A stretch of 64,000 nt of DNA from Euryarchaeota archaeon SM23-78 (GCA_001595785.1 LSSJ01000038.1:3020-67019); one strand, 5' to 3'. Shown: positions 37,430 to 45,179, numbered from the stretch's first letter. Program-made: numbers and translations. Notes: a model not told the origin generated them from the letters alone.

Positions 37430-37587
37430 GCTGTCCTAAAAACTAGTGCCAATTTGCGAGGGCATTTATCAGCTTTACAGTCAAAGCGGAACAGGGGGTT
37501 GCCCCCTACGGGGAGGTGGAGCCCTCGACATTATAAGCGTGCCCGAGCGGGCACAGAGCGAGCGAATGCGAGCGATTTTAGGACAGC
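37430..37587 (+). ncRNA. Structured GC-rich element, copy 2 of 3 (unknown family; candidate ncRNA)
   Basis: A 12-bp closing stem (GCTGTCCTAAAA at 37430-37441 pairs with TTTTAGGACAGC at 37576-37587). Inner helices: AGTGCC/GGCAC, CGAGGGC/GCCCTCG, GGGGG-TTG-CCCCC and GTGCCC-GAGC-GGGCAC. Confidence 0.6.
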
Positions 37588-37624
37588 GCCTATTAAGCAA
37601 CACAATTAAAAAAGTAGAATCAGG

Positions 37625-38116
37625 ATGAAAAAGAAAGCCCAGATACAAATGACTGAAACCATTTTTGTAGTCTTTATTATTCTAATCATAATCATGCTTG
37701 GCTTTGTGGTCTACTCAAAGTATCAGCAAGGAGTGCTTGAGAATATTATGAAGCAGAGAAGAAACGAGGAGGTTATAAAGACTGGTCAGAGGCTTAGCTC
37801 CTGGCCAGAACTAGAATGCTCTGTTGCTGGTATTACAGAGTTTGCATGTCTTGATGTTGCAAAGATTCAGGTGATTTCAGACTTTATAAATGAGAGTAAG
37901 CATAAAAGCAAGTATGGATTTAATTATTACTATGACTTACTAAAAAATTCAAAGATTACAGTAAAACAAGTCTACCCTTTTGAAGAAGAATGGGTTCTTT
38001 ATGATAATCCTGGCATAACTCAGAGAACAGACAGAGTGCCTGTTCCTGTGAATCTTTATGACCCAATAACAGAGACATATGGTTTTGGAGTCTTGGAGTT
38101 GTTGATTTATGAATAA
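37625..38116 (+). CDS. Pilin-like protein (class III signal peptide), 163 aa
   Basis: MKKKAQIQMTETIFVVFIILIIIMLGFVVY, comparable to archaeal pilins of the ...KKGQIAMELG... type. Confidence 0.6.
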   Translation: MKKKAQIQMTETIFVVFIILIIIMLGFVVYSKYQQGVLENIMKQRRNEEVIKTGQRLSSWPELECSVAGITEFACLDVAKIQVISDFINESKHKSKYGFNYYYDLLKNSKITVKQVYPFEEEWVLYDNPGITQRTDRVPVPVNLYDPITETYGFGVLELLIYE

Positions 38117-38636
38117 TAACATAGATGATATGCATAATATGAATACAAAGAGGAAAAGAATGCTTAGGAAAAAGGCTCAGCTAGAGATGATTGGCTTGAT
38201 GATGATAGTAATCATTGTAATAGTGGGCCTCTTAATCTTCCTGGTATATAAACTTACTACTCCGACGCAGAATGTTCAGAAGAGATACATAGACAAGGAG
38301 ATAGCAACCAACATGCTAATAACCCTGACCAACACCCATGTCAAGGAGTGCCATGACCGCAGATTATCAGAGCTCATAGTGGACTGTGTAAAATCATACT
38401 CTGCCATGTGCGGAGACCAGACTCCTTGTGAAGTAGCTAACAAGACCATATTCACTATTCTTAACAACACCCTTGTAGAGTGGGATATAAGCTTTAACCT
38501 TTCAATAAAACGCACAGATATTACTTTTTCAAACCTTGGGTGTGGTCCGCATGCAAAAGCAAAGGAAAGAGGTTTTGAAATAATCCCCTTAAACCCAGGC
38601 TATGTTGAGATGATATTGGATATATGTGGAAAGTGA
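38109..38636 (+). CDS. Pilin-like protein (class III signal peptide), 175 aa
   Basis: ...RMLRKKAQLEMIGLMMIVIIVIVGLLIFLVY. There is an 8-nt overlap with the previous gene. Confidence 0.6.
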   Translation: MNNNIDDMHNMNTKRKRMLRKKAQLEMIGLMMIVIIVIVGLLIFLVYKLTTPTQNVQKRYIDKEIATNMLITLTNTHVKECHDRRLSELIVDCVKSYSAMCGDQTPCEVANKTIFTILNNTLVEWDISFNLSIKRTDITFSNLGCGPHAKAKERGFEIIPLNPGYVEMILDICGK

Positions 38637-38679
38637 GAGTTTTTTTCTTAGAGCAAAGATTAGTATTCTTATTTGTGGA

Positions 38680-38813
38680 GCAAGGGTGGTGGTTGCCATT
38701 TGTTGCGAGGGCATACATCAACTTTACACTCAAAGCAGAAGAGGGGGTTGGCCCCTTCGGGGAGCTGGAGCCTTCGGAAAAATAAGTGGGCCCGAGCCTG
38801 GCAACCCCCTTGC
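38680..38813 (+). ncRNA. Structured GC-rich element, copy 3 of 3 (unknown family; candidate ncRNA)
   Basis: Closing stem GCAAGGG..GGTTGCCA / TGGCAACCCCCTTGC. Inner helix CGAGGGC/GCCTTCG has one G-U pair, which is valid only for a plus-sense RNA. The CCCC-TTCG-GGGG tetraloop hairpin is present. Confidence 0.6.
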
Positions 38814-38825
38814 GAAGCAAGAACT

Positions 38826-39536
38826 TTAATCTAATTTAACTTCATCAAATCTATAAAGAACTCTTTTTTTTGGATCATAAGTAGCATTATAATATCTACC
38901 TAACTTTTTTGGGCTCTCCTGTGGTAGAAGCCTTTTTTGCCAGATATATATTTCTGGTTTAAACACAGGCCCTGGATACACGATTAATCTGAATTTATCT
39001 TTTTTTACCAAAGTCTTTGGAAAATCTATTAAGTGCTCTCGAATTATGTGCCCTACAGCAATTTCTTCTAGCATGAAATCAATGTTTGCTTGACAGGGTT
39101 CTCTTTCTCCTAATGCTTCAAGGAGATATTTTTTGAAATCTTTGTTTTTTTTGTAAAGCTTATACAAGGCTTCAAAAAAAGGCTGAAAACAGTCAGAGTT
39201 TAGAATAATGTAATCAAAAGGCAGGAAATGAAATGCGCCTGGCATATAAGTTCCCTTTTTCAAGATTAACCTTTTTAGAGCGTTTCTATGTGCAAGCATT
39301 TGCTGGGTTGTTCTTTTCCTGACAGTATAAGCAAATTCTTTTGTATTAAAATAAAGCCCGTTTGTGTAAAGAAAAACAACATCATTGCCAGGAATATTAA
39401 TTTTATCGTCCAGAACAGCCATGTATTCCATGCATTTCTCTGGGCTTTGATCTCCTTGCAATCTACTCATGGAAAGAGGAAAGATAACATATCCATCTGT
39501 TGGAAGCTTATTTATATCCTTGCCTTTAAGAGTCAT
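38826..39536 (-). CDS. Hypothetical protein; candidate tRNA-dependent cyclodipeptide synthase (CDPS)-like enzyme
   Basis: 236 aa. By-eye alignment to remembered AlbC/YvmC gives Ser22 (VIFPLSMS vs GISxxNS), AVGHIIRE (vs AVEYVIAE) and LIVYPGP (vs LLAYHRP). Spacings are Ser-to-Glu 145 and Glu-to-Tyr 20, as in AlbC. Not verified by HMM. Confidence 0.4.
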   Translation of the reverse strand: MTLKGKDINKLPTDGYVIFPLSMSRLQGDQSPEKCMEYMAVLDDKINIPGNDVVFLYTNGLYFNTKEFAYTVRKRTTQQMLAHRNALKRLILKKGTYMPGAFHFLPFDYIILNSDCFQPFFEALYKLYKKNKDFKKYLLEALGEREPCQANIDFMLEEIAVGHIIREHLIDFPKTLVKKDKFRLIVYPGPVFKPEIYIWQKRLLPQESPKKLGRYYNATYDPKKRVLYRFDEVKLD

Positions 39537-39548
39537 GTTGATTTCTCC

Positions 39549-39953
39549 TTAATTTTCTTTAATAACCCTAACCTCAACCTTTCTGTTGCTTCTAGGTCCA
39601 TCCAATTCAACCACCATGATTGATTGCCAAGTGCCGAGCTTTAGCTTTCCATTCTCCACAGGTATTGATTCGCTAGGACCAAGCACTGCTGCTTTGATAT
39701 GAGCACCAGCATTCCCATCAACTCTGTCATGCAGGTAGCCTGCGTTGTCAGGGATGGCTTTGTTAAGAGCCTTAAGAAAATCAACACACACATTAAGATC
39801 ATAGTTCTCATTAATGATAATGGCTGCGGTTGCATGAGTAATAAATATGTTGCATATGCCGTTCTTTACTTTGCTCTTCTTAACTATATCATTAACTTTA
39901 TCAGTGATATCTATTAATTCTTGCTTTTTAGATGTGTTAATAGTGATTTTCAT
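39549..39953 (-). CDS. YjbQ/UPF0047 family protein (secondary thiamine-phosphate synthase type)
   Basis: GICNIFITHATAAIIINEN...DGNAGAHIKAAVLGPSESIPVENGKLKLGTWQSIMVVELDGPRSNRKV is the family signature. Confidence 0.85.
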   Translation of the reverse strand: MKITINTSKKQELIDITDKVNDIVKKSKVKNGICNIFITHATAAIIINENYDLNVCVDFLKALNKAIPDNAGYLHDRVDGNAGAHIKAAVLGPSESIPVENGKLKLGTWQSIMVVELDGPRSNRKVEVRVIKEN

Positions 39954-40090
39954 TTTTTCTTTTACTATTTAATGTTTGTCGAGTTATGCTTTTTGTAGAA
40001 AACTCTTTGTTTTTTAATATTTTATTAATTAACCACTCTTGAATATATGGGAAAGTTTATATATCTCTTACTTTTAGTACTAGTAGAGGT

Positions 40091-41077
40091 ATGATGGATA
40101 GAGCGCCTGTTCTTAGGATTCAACGACTTACCAAGAGGTTTGGAAAGAATACTGTTCTTAAAGGAGTCTCTCTTGATATTCATGAGGGAGAAATCTTTGG
40201 GGTTGTAGGTGCTAGCGGGAGTGGTAAGACCACTTTGCTTAGAACCCTTATTGGTTATTTAGCTCCCGAGGAAGGAGATGTTAGGTTTAGGTATGATTAC
40301 TTTGTTAAGAGAATCGTTCAGAGTGACAAGCCCATGTACGCCTCTATTTATAAGATGCCAAAGCTTTCTAGGAATATCTTTGGCTTTGCTAGTCAAGAGC
40401 CTTCTTTTTATAAAAAACTTACAGTAAGGGAGAATCTTAGGTATTTTGGTTCATTATACAATCTTCCTAAGAGAGCCCTTGATTCAAACACAGACATCCT
40501 TTTGGCTTTGATGGATTTAAAACGAGCTCAAAACACTCTTGCAGGTGATTTATCAGGAGGCATGGAGAGAAGACTTGATATTGCGTGTGCCTTAATCCAT
40601 GATCCAGAAATACTAATCTTGGATGAACCCACATCTGATCTTGATCCTCTGCTTCGAGACCATATCTGGAGTCTTGTTCAGAAGATTAACAAGAAAGGAA
40701 CCACCATTATTCTTGCGAGTCATCATCTCTCTGAGGTCGAGACTTTTTGCTCCAGAATAGCCATTATTAAGGACGGTAGAATTGTTGATGTTGCCAGTCC
40801 TGCAAGATTAAAAACCAAGTACGCGGAGTCTCAGGAGATAAGGATACAGACTTATCCTGGTAATTATGCTAATATTAGTCGAAGTATAAAAAAACCTGGA
40901 AGCAGGGTTTTTGATGTCCAGATAAAAGGTTCAGAACTCTTAATATATTCTGACCAGCCTCAAATCGTGCTGCATGATTTGCTTCACACCCTTAATAACA
41001 TGAAGGAGGAGCTGATTGATATCAAGGTTTCAAGGCCTGGCTTGGATGAATTGTTCCTTAGAATTACAGGGAAATGA
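40091..41077 (+). CDS. ABC transporter ATP-binding protein (ABC-2/drug-exporter type)
   Basis: Walker A GASGSGKTT, signature LSGGMERRL and Walker B LILDEPTSDLD. Confidence 0.9.
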   Translation: MMDRAPVLRIQRLTKRFGKNTVLKGVSLDIHEGEIFGVVGASGSGKTTLLRTLIGYLAPEEGDVRFRYDYFVKRIVQSDKPMYASIYKMPKLSRNIFGFASQEPSFYKKLTVRENLRYFGSLYNLPKRALDSNTDILLALMDLKRAQNTLAGDLSGGMERRLDIACALIHDPEILILDEPTSDLDPLLRDHIWSLVQKINKKGTTIILASHHLSEVETFCSRIAIIKDGRIVDVASPARLKTKYAESQEIRIQTYPGNYANISRSIKKPGSRVFDVQIKGSELLIYSDQPQIVLHDLLHTLNNMKEELIDIKVSRPGLDELFLRITGK

Positions 41078-41090
41078 GCATTAAGAAAAA

Positions 41091-43106
41091 ATGAAACTAA
41101 TCAGCATCATAAAAAAGAATTTCAAGCTCTTATTAAGAGCCAAGGCTTCTGCTTTCACAGTACTAGTAGGCCCTCTTCTTATCGTCCTCTTGGTAGGCCT
41201 GGCTTTTAGTGGTAAGACTTCTTATGAACTAAGTATTGGCTATTATGCTCCTACATATAATAATCTCACAGACGATTTTATTGAGGGTCTTGAGCAGAGT
41301 TATTACTATATTCAGGAGTTCAAGAACGAGCAGAGTTGTGTTAAGAAGATAGAGGAGGGCATTATTCATACCTGCATAATCTTTCCTAAGGACTTTGAGA
41401 TAAGGAATGAGCAGAGGAATGAACTTAGATTCCTAGTTGATTATTCTAGGATGAATCTGGTGTATAAGGTGATAGAGTCTGTTTCTGATATTCTTGAGAT
41501 TGAGTCTAAGGAGCTGAGTTATTCTTTAACCCAGGTTCTTCTTTCAAAAATCAACATCACAGTTCATGACTTAGATGAGGACATCGTTTTTGTATCAGAC
41601 CTGAATCCTCGCTTAAACCTGCTCATGGCTGATTTACAAAAGGCAAATACCAACACAGAGGCCATGAGGTTTGACTTAGAAGAGGTTAGTGTTGCAAGCC
41701 TGAACACCAGGTTTTCTGCTCTTAATAAGACCATTACTGAGATACAGAACAAAGGTCTTGAGCTTATTAATGAGAGCATGGATTATATTGAGATTATAAA
41801 GGATGATGCTGGCTGGGATGAGAATGAAACAGCAGAGCTTGAAGAGGATTTTAATGAGTTGAAAAATGAGACCTTGGAGTTGTATAATGCAACACCTGAG
41901 AAGATTCAGAGCGTGGTGAGTGCTATTACTAAGCTTTCCTCTTCTCTGGATGAATTAGAGTCAGACCTTAATAAGAGTAAGCAGCTCAAAGAAGATACAA
42001 TGGAAAAACTAGCCTCTGCTAAGGATAATCTTTCAAGCCTGCAGACCAGTCTCTCTGATTTGAAAAATGCTCTGGAGAAAAGCAGAAATAATCTTAAGAG
42101 CATAAGCATCACAAGAGCAGAGACCATTGTGAGTCCTGTGAACACCAAGATAGAGCCTGTTATCTCAGAAACCTCTAAACTTACCTTTACCTTCCCTTTC
42201 CTTTTGGTGCTTGTAATCATGTTTGTTGCTCTTCTCTTATCCAGCACCATAATAATATTTGAGAAGAACTCAAAGGCTTTTTTCAGGAGCTTTATCACTC
42301 CTACAAGACCAGAGTTCTTTGTGCTAACCACCTTTCTAACCAGCTTTATAGTAATAATCTTACAAACCATAATCATCCTTGGGCTGGCTAATTATTATTT
42401 GCAAGTACCCTTGTTTAAGAACGCTCTTTCAACTGTTTTAGTCCTTCTTGCAACAACCACCTTCTTTATTGTGCTGGGAATGGCTGTTGGCTACCTATTC
42501 TCAACTCAGGAAGGAGCAATAATGACTTCTATTGTTCTTGGTGCAGTGTTCATGTTCTTATCCAACTTAGTGGTGCCATTGGAAAGCCTTGCGCCTGCTT
42601 TTTCAAAAATAATAAAGTACAATCCCTATGTGATATCTTCAGAGCTTTTAAGAAAATCCTTGTTATTCAAGATTGAGACCTCAGAGACATGGATGCTGAT
42701 TCTGATTTTATTAGGAGCAGCATTAATAATATTGTTATTAATACTCTTATTTCAAGGAGTTATGCGAAAGAAGAGGATAAGACAACCCCTAGATATGCTT
42801 GAGAACATGCTTTTACACCCTGAAAAAGCAGCAGCAAAAATACCTACCAAGGAAGGGGTTTCAAGGGCCGGCAATCTAAAGCTGTTGTTAAAAAAGGTTT
42901 CAGATATGACCCAAGCAGAGTTTGAAGAGAATGTTAATCTTAGGCAGAACAAGGTGACTGAGTGGGCTAAGAGCATGGGGAAAAAGAAGCTTGCTTCTAA
43001 AATAAAAAGAACTCTTTCTAAGAATGAAATAATGAAGCTTTTGGTTGAGGAGATAAAGAAAGAGGAGAAAAAGGAGAGGAAAACCAAAAAAAAACATGAA
43101 GACTAG
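41091..43106 (+). CDS. ABC-2 family permease with large coiled-coil ectodomain and K/E-rich C-terminal tail
   Basis: 671 aa: an N-terminal TM, a ~330-aa extracytoplasmic region with heptad-like stretches, five C-terminal TMs, and the tail ...EEIKKEEKKERKTKKKHED. Confidence 0.7.
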   Translation: MKLISIIKKNFKLLLRAKASAFTVLVGPLLIVLLVGLAFSGKTSYELSIGYYAPTYNNLTDDFIEGLEQSYYYIQEFKNEQSCVKKIEEGIIHTCIIFPKDFEIRNEQRNELRFLVDYSRMNLVYKVIESVSDILEIESKELSYSLTQVLLSKINITVHDLDEDIVFVSDLNPRLNLLMADLQKANTNTEAMRFDLEEVSVASLNTRFSALNKTITEIQNKGLELINESMDYIEIIKDDAGWDENETAELEEDFNELKNETLELYNATPEKIQSVVSAITKLSSSLDELESDLNKSKQLKEDTMEKLASAKDNLSSLQTSLSDLKNALEKSRNNLKSISITRAETIVSPVNTKIEPVISETSKLTFTFPFLLVLVIMFVALLLSSTIIIFEKNSKAFFRSFITPTRPEFFVLTTFLTSFIVIILQTIIILGLANYYLQVPLFKNALSTVLVLLATTTFFIVLGMAVGYLFSTQEGAIMTSIVLGAVFMFLSNLVVPLESLAPAFSKIIKYNPYVISSELLRKSLLFKIETSETWMLILILLGAALIILLLILLFQGVMRKKRIRQPLDMLENMLLHPEKAAAKIPTKEGVSRAGNLKLLLKKVSDMTQAEFEENVNLRQNKVTEWAKSMGKKKLASKIKRTLSKNEIMKLLVEEIKKEEKKERKTKKKHED

Positions 43107-43239
43107 GCTTTTCTCTTATTAATTATAAGTTTTTAGACTTCTAAAATGATAGAATATTAGATAAACTTTTTAAATAAAGCCTTTTAACTCTTTCTAAAAC
43201 CAAGCAATTTAGCAATTAATACTTAAATATTTGTAGGGG

Positions 43240-45117
43240 GTGTTATCCTTGAAAACTTCAAGAAAACCTAAACACAAAGAAGAACATGAACATATGGAAC
43301 ACAAAGAACATAAAGAGGAGCATAAAGAGCATAAAAAGCCACAGAAAAAGATAGTTGAGAAGAAAGTTGAACCAAGGCCTGAGCAAAAACTGCCAGGAAC
43401 TTCTTATTACTGGGTTTCAGGAATAATAATAGTTGTGCTCCTAGCTCTTATTATCATTCTCTTGGTAAGAGATGCGGGCCCTCCAACCGGGCCTGGAGAT
43501 ACTGGAGGTACTGGTGGTCAAGAAATACCTGATGAGGATAAAGTAAAAGTAGAGTTCTATGTTATGAGTCAATGCCCTTATGGAACTCAGGTAGAAGATG
43601 CGTTTTATCCTGTGCTTGAGAAAATGGGAGAAGCAGTAGATTTTCATCTAGACTACATTGTGACTGAGACCTCACCAGGAACATTCCAATCCTTGCACGG
43701 CGAAAAAGAGGTAAAAGGCAATATTGTGCAGCTATGTGCAATGAAGTATTACTCTGAGGATTACAAGTACATGGACTTTATTATCTGCCAGAACAAAGAC
43801 GCAGCAAATGTTGACACCAACTGGGTGAAATGCGCAGCAGATAGTGGCCTGGATGCTGTAAAGCTAAGAACCTGCTTAGAAGGTGAAGAGGGCAAACAAC
43901 TCTTAAGAGAGTCAATGCAGAAAGCCCAGGCAAGAGATGCAACAGGAAGCCCTACTATGTATATCGATGATGTGCCTTATCAAGGGCAGAGAGATGCTTT
44001 GTCATTCCAAAGAGCTATTTGTCAGTTTACAGAACTTGAGGAATGTGCTGATATTCCTGAATGTGCAAGTGATGCTGATTGTACAGAAGAACAGGGCATG
44101 ATAGGGGTGTGTAATAATCCTAATCAGGCAAATGCTTTCTGCACTTATGAGGAGCCTGTAGAAGTGGATTTTATTGTCCTAACTGCTGATGACTGCACAG
44201 GAGACGCGTGCGATACTACCAGGGTTGTCCAAATAACCCAGCAATACTTCCTAGGAGCAAAGAAAAAGGAGGTGGATGTTGATAGTGCAGAGGGCAAACA
44301 ACTTGTAGAGAAATACAACATAGAGGTTGTGCCTGCTTACCTCTTTGATGCAAGCCTTGCAGATACCAGAACCTGGAAGACAATGACAAGCATACAAAGT
44401 TCTTTTGAAAAAATAGATGACAAGTACAAGTTATTGGATAAGGCAACAGGAGCCACCCATTTTGTTAGTGAAGAGGCAAGGCAAAAGTTTTATGATGCAA
44501 TCGGAGTTGTGCTTGGGGATAACAAGCCTCAGATTGATTTCTTTGTGATGAGCTACTGTCCTTATGGTAACCAAGCAGAAGAAGGCATAGAGCCAGTTTA
44601 TCAGCTATTAAAAGGCAAAGCTGATTTTAATCCAAAATATGTTATTTACAGTAACTACGGAGGAGGCGGCCCTAATTATTGTATAGATAATGATAACCTG
44701 TGTTCAATGCACGGCATACAAGAGCTTAACCAGAATGTTCGAGAGGCTTGTGTTGGTAAGCACATGGGTATGGATGAGTGGTTTGAGTTTGCTCTTGCAA
44801 TGAATGATAAGTGTACCTCACAAAATGCAGATACCTGCTGGGAGCCAGTAGCAGAAGACCTTGGGCTTGATGTTGAGACCATAAAGAAGTGTGAGGAAGA
44901 AGAAGCAGTTGCTCTTATGAGCGCTGATAAAGAGCTGGGTGACAAGCTTAAGGTATCAGGCAGCCCAACAGTGTTTATTGATGGCGAATCTTACAGTGGT
45001 GCAAGAACACCAGAGGCTTACAAGCAAGCCTTGTGCGCTGCGTTTGATGAACCGCCAGAGGAGTGTGATGCTGTGCTTGGAGGAGATACGCAGGCAGGGA
45101 CTCAAGGACAGTGCTAA
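43240..45117 (+). CDS. Membrane-anchored ectoprotein with two thioredoxin-fold (DsbA/GILT-like) domains and a His/Lys/Glu-rich cytoplasmic N-tail
   Basis: GTG 43240 or TTG 43249 is the start, after GGGGGTG. The tail is KHKEEHEHMEHKEHKEEHKEHKK, followed by a TM. The two repeated domains begin VEFYVMSQCPYGTQ and IDFFVMSYCPYGNQ and each ends with ...GSPT(M/V)(Y/F)IDG-like motifs. Confidence 0.6.
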   Translation: MLSLKTSRKPKHKEEHEHMEHKEHKEEHKEHKKPQKKIVEKKVEPRPEQKLPGTSYYWVSGIIIVVLLALIIILLVRDAGPPTGPGDTGGTGGQEIPDEDKVKVEFYVMSQCPYGTQVEDAFYPVLEKMGEAVDFHLDYIVTETSPGTFQSLHGEKEVKGNIVQLCAMKYYSEDYKYMDFIICQNKDAANVDTNWVKCAADSGLDAVKLRTCLEGEEGKQLLRESMQKAQARDATGSPTMYIDDVPYQGQRDALSFQRAICQFTELEECADIPECASDADCTEEQGMIGVCNNPNQANAFCTYEEPVEVDFIVLTADDCTGDACDTTRVVQITQQYFLGAKKKEVDVDSAEGKQLVEKYNIEVVPAYLFDASLADTRTWKTMTSIQSSFEKIDDKYKLLDKATGATHFVSEEARQKFYDAIGVVLGDNKPQIDFFVMSYCPYGNQAEEGIEPVYQLLKGKADFNPKYVIYSNYGGGGPNYCIDNDNLCSMHGIQELNQNVREACVGKHMGMDEWFEFALAMNDKCTSQNADTCWEPVAEDLGLDVETIKKCEEEEAVALMSADKELGDKLKVSGSPTVFIDGESYSGARTPEAYKQALCAAFDEPPEECDAVLGGDTQAGTQGQC

Positions 45118-45124
45118 ATTTTTT

Positions 45125-45160
45125 ATTTATTTTTATCTAATTATTTATTTTTATCTAATT
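45125..45160 (+). repeat. Perfect 18-nt tandem direct repeat (ATTTATTTTTATCTAATT x2) upstream of hypC
   Basis: 45125-45142 equals 45143-45160. The repeat ends 20 nt before the hypC start and contains TATA-like TTTATTTTTA. Confidence 0.8.
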
Positions 45161-45179
45161 TTTAAAAAAAGGGATTAAG

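Noticed and set aside
37446-37628. ORFs 37446-37628 (60 aa) and 38626-38829 (67 aa) encode similar peptides (CEGI.QLY.QS..GG.PLRG.GA), suggesting a conserved small protein.
   Set aside because: They lie exactly on structured-element copies 2 and 3. The similarity follows from nucleotide conservation of the stems. Copy 1 has a 2-nt length difference in the apical loop and carries no ORF of 60 aa or more. The closing stems co-vary, which fits a structural rather than a coding constraint.
26646-38813. The repeated elements might be archaeal origin-recognition boxes (GGAAC-AGGGGG resembles the G-string of ORB elements), making this a replication origin.
   Set aside because: There is no dyad TCCA..TGGA ORB core, no AT-rich unwinding region between the copies (they are 10 kb apart with genes in between), and no orc1/cdc6 gene nearby. 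Stem covariation fits an RNA or hairpin element better.
19928-38820. The surface island might be a mobile genomic island or prophage-like insertion.
   Set aside because: No integrase, transposase, tRNA target, direct-repeat att sites or phage genes are visible. Only the inverted structured elements hint at a cassette boundary, so mobility remains an open question rather than a call.
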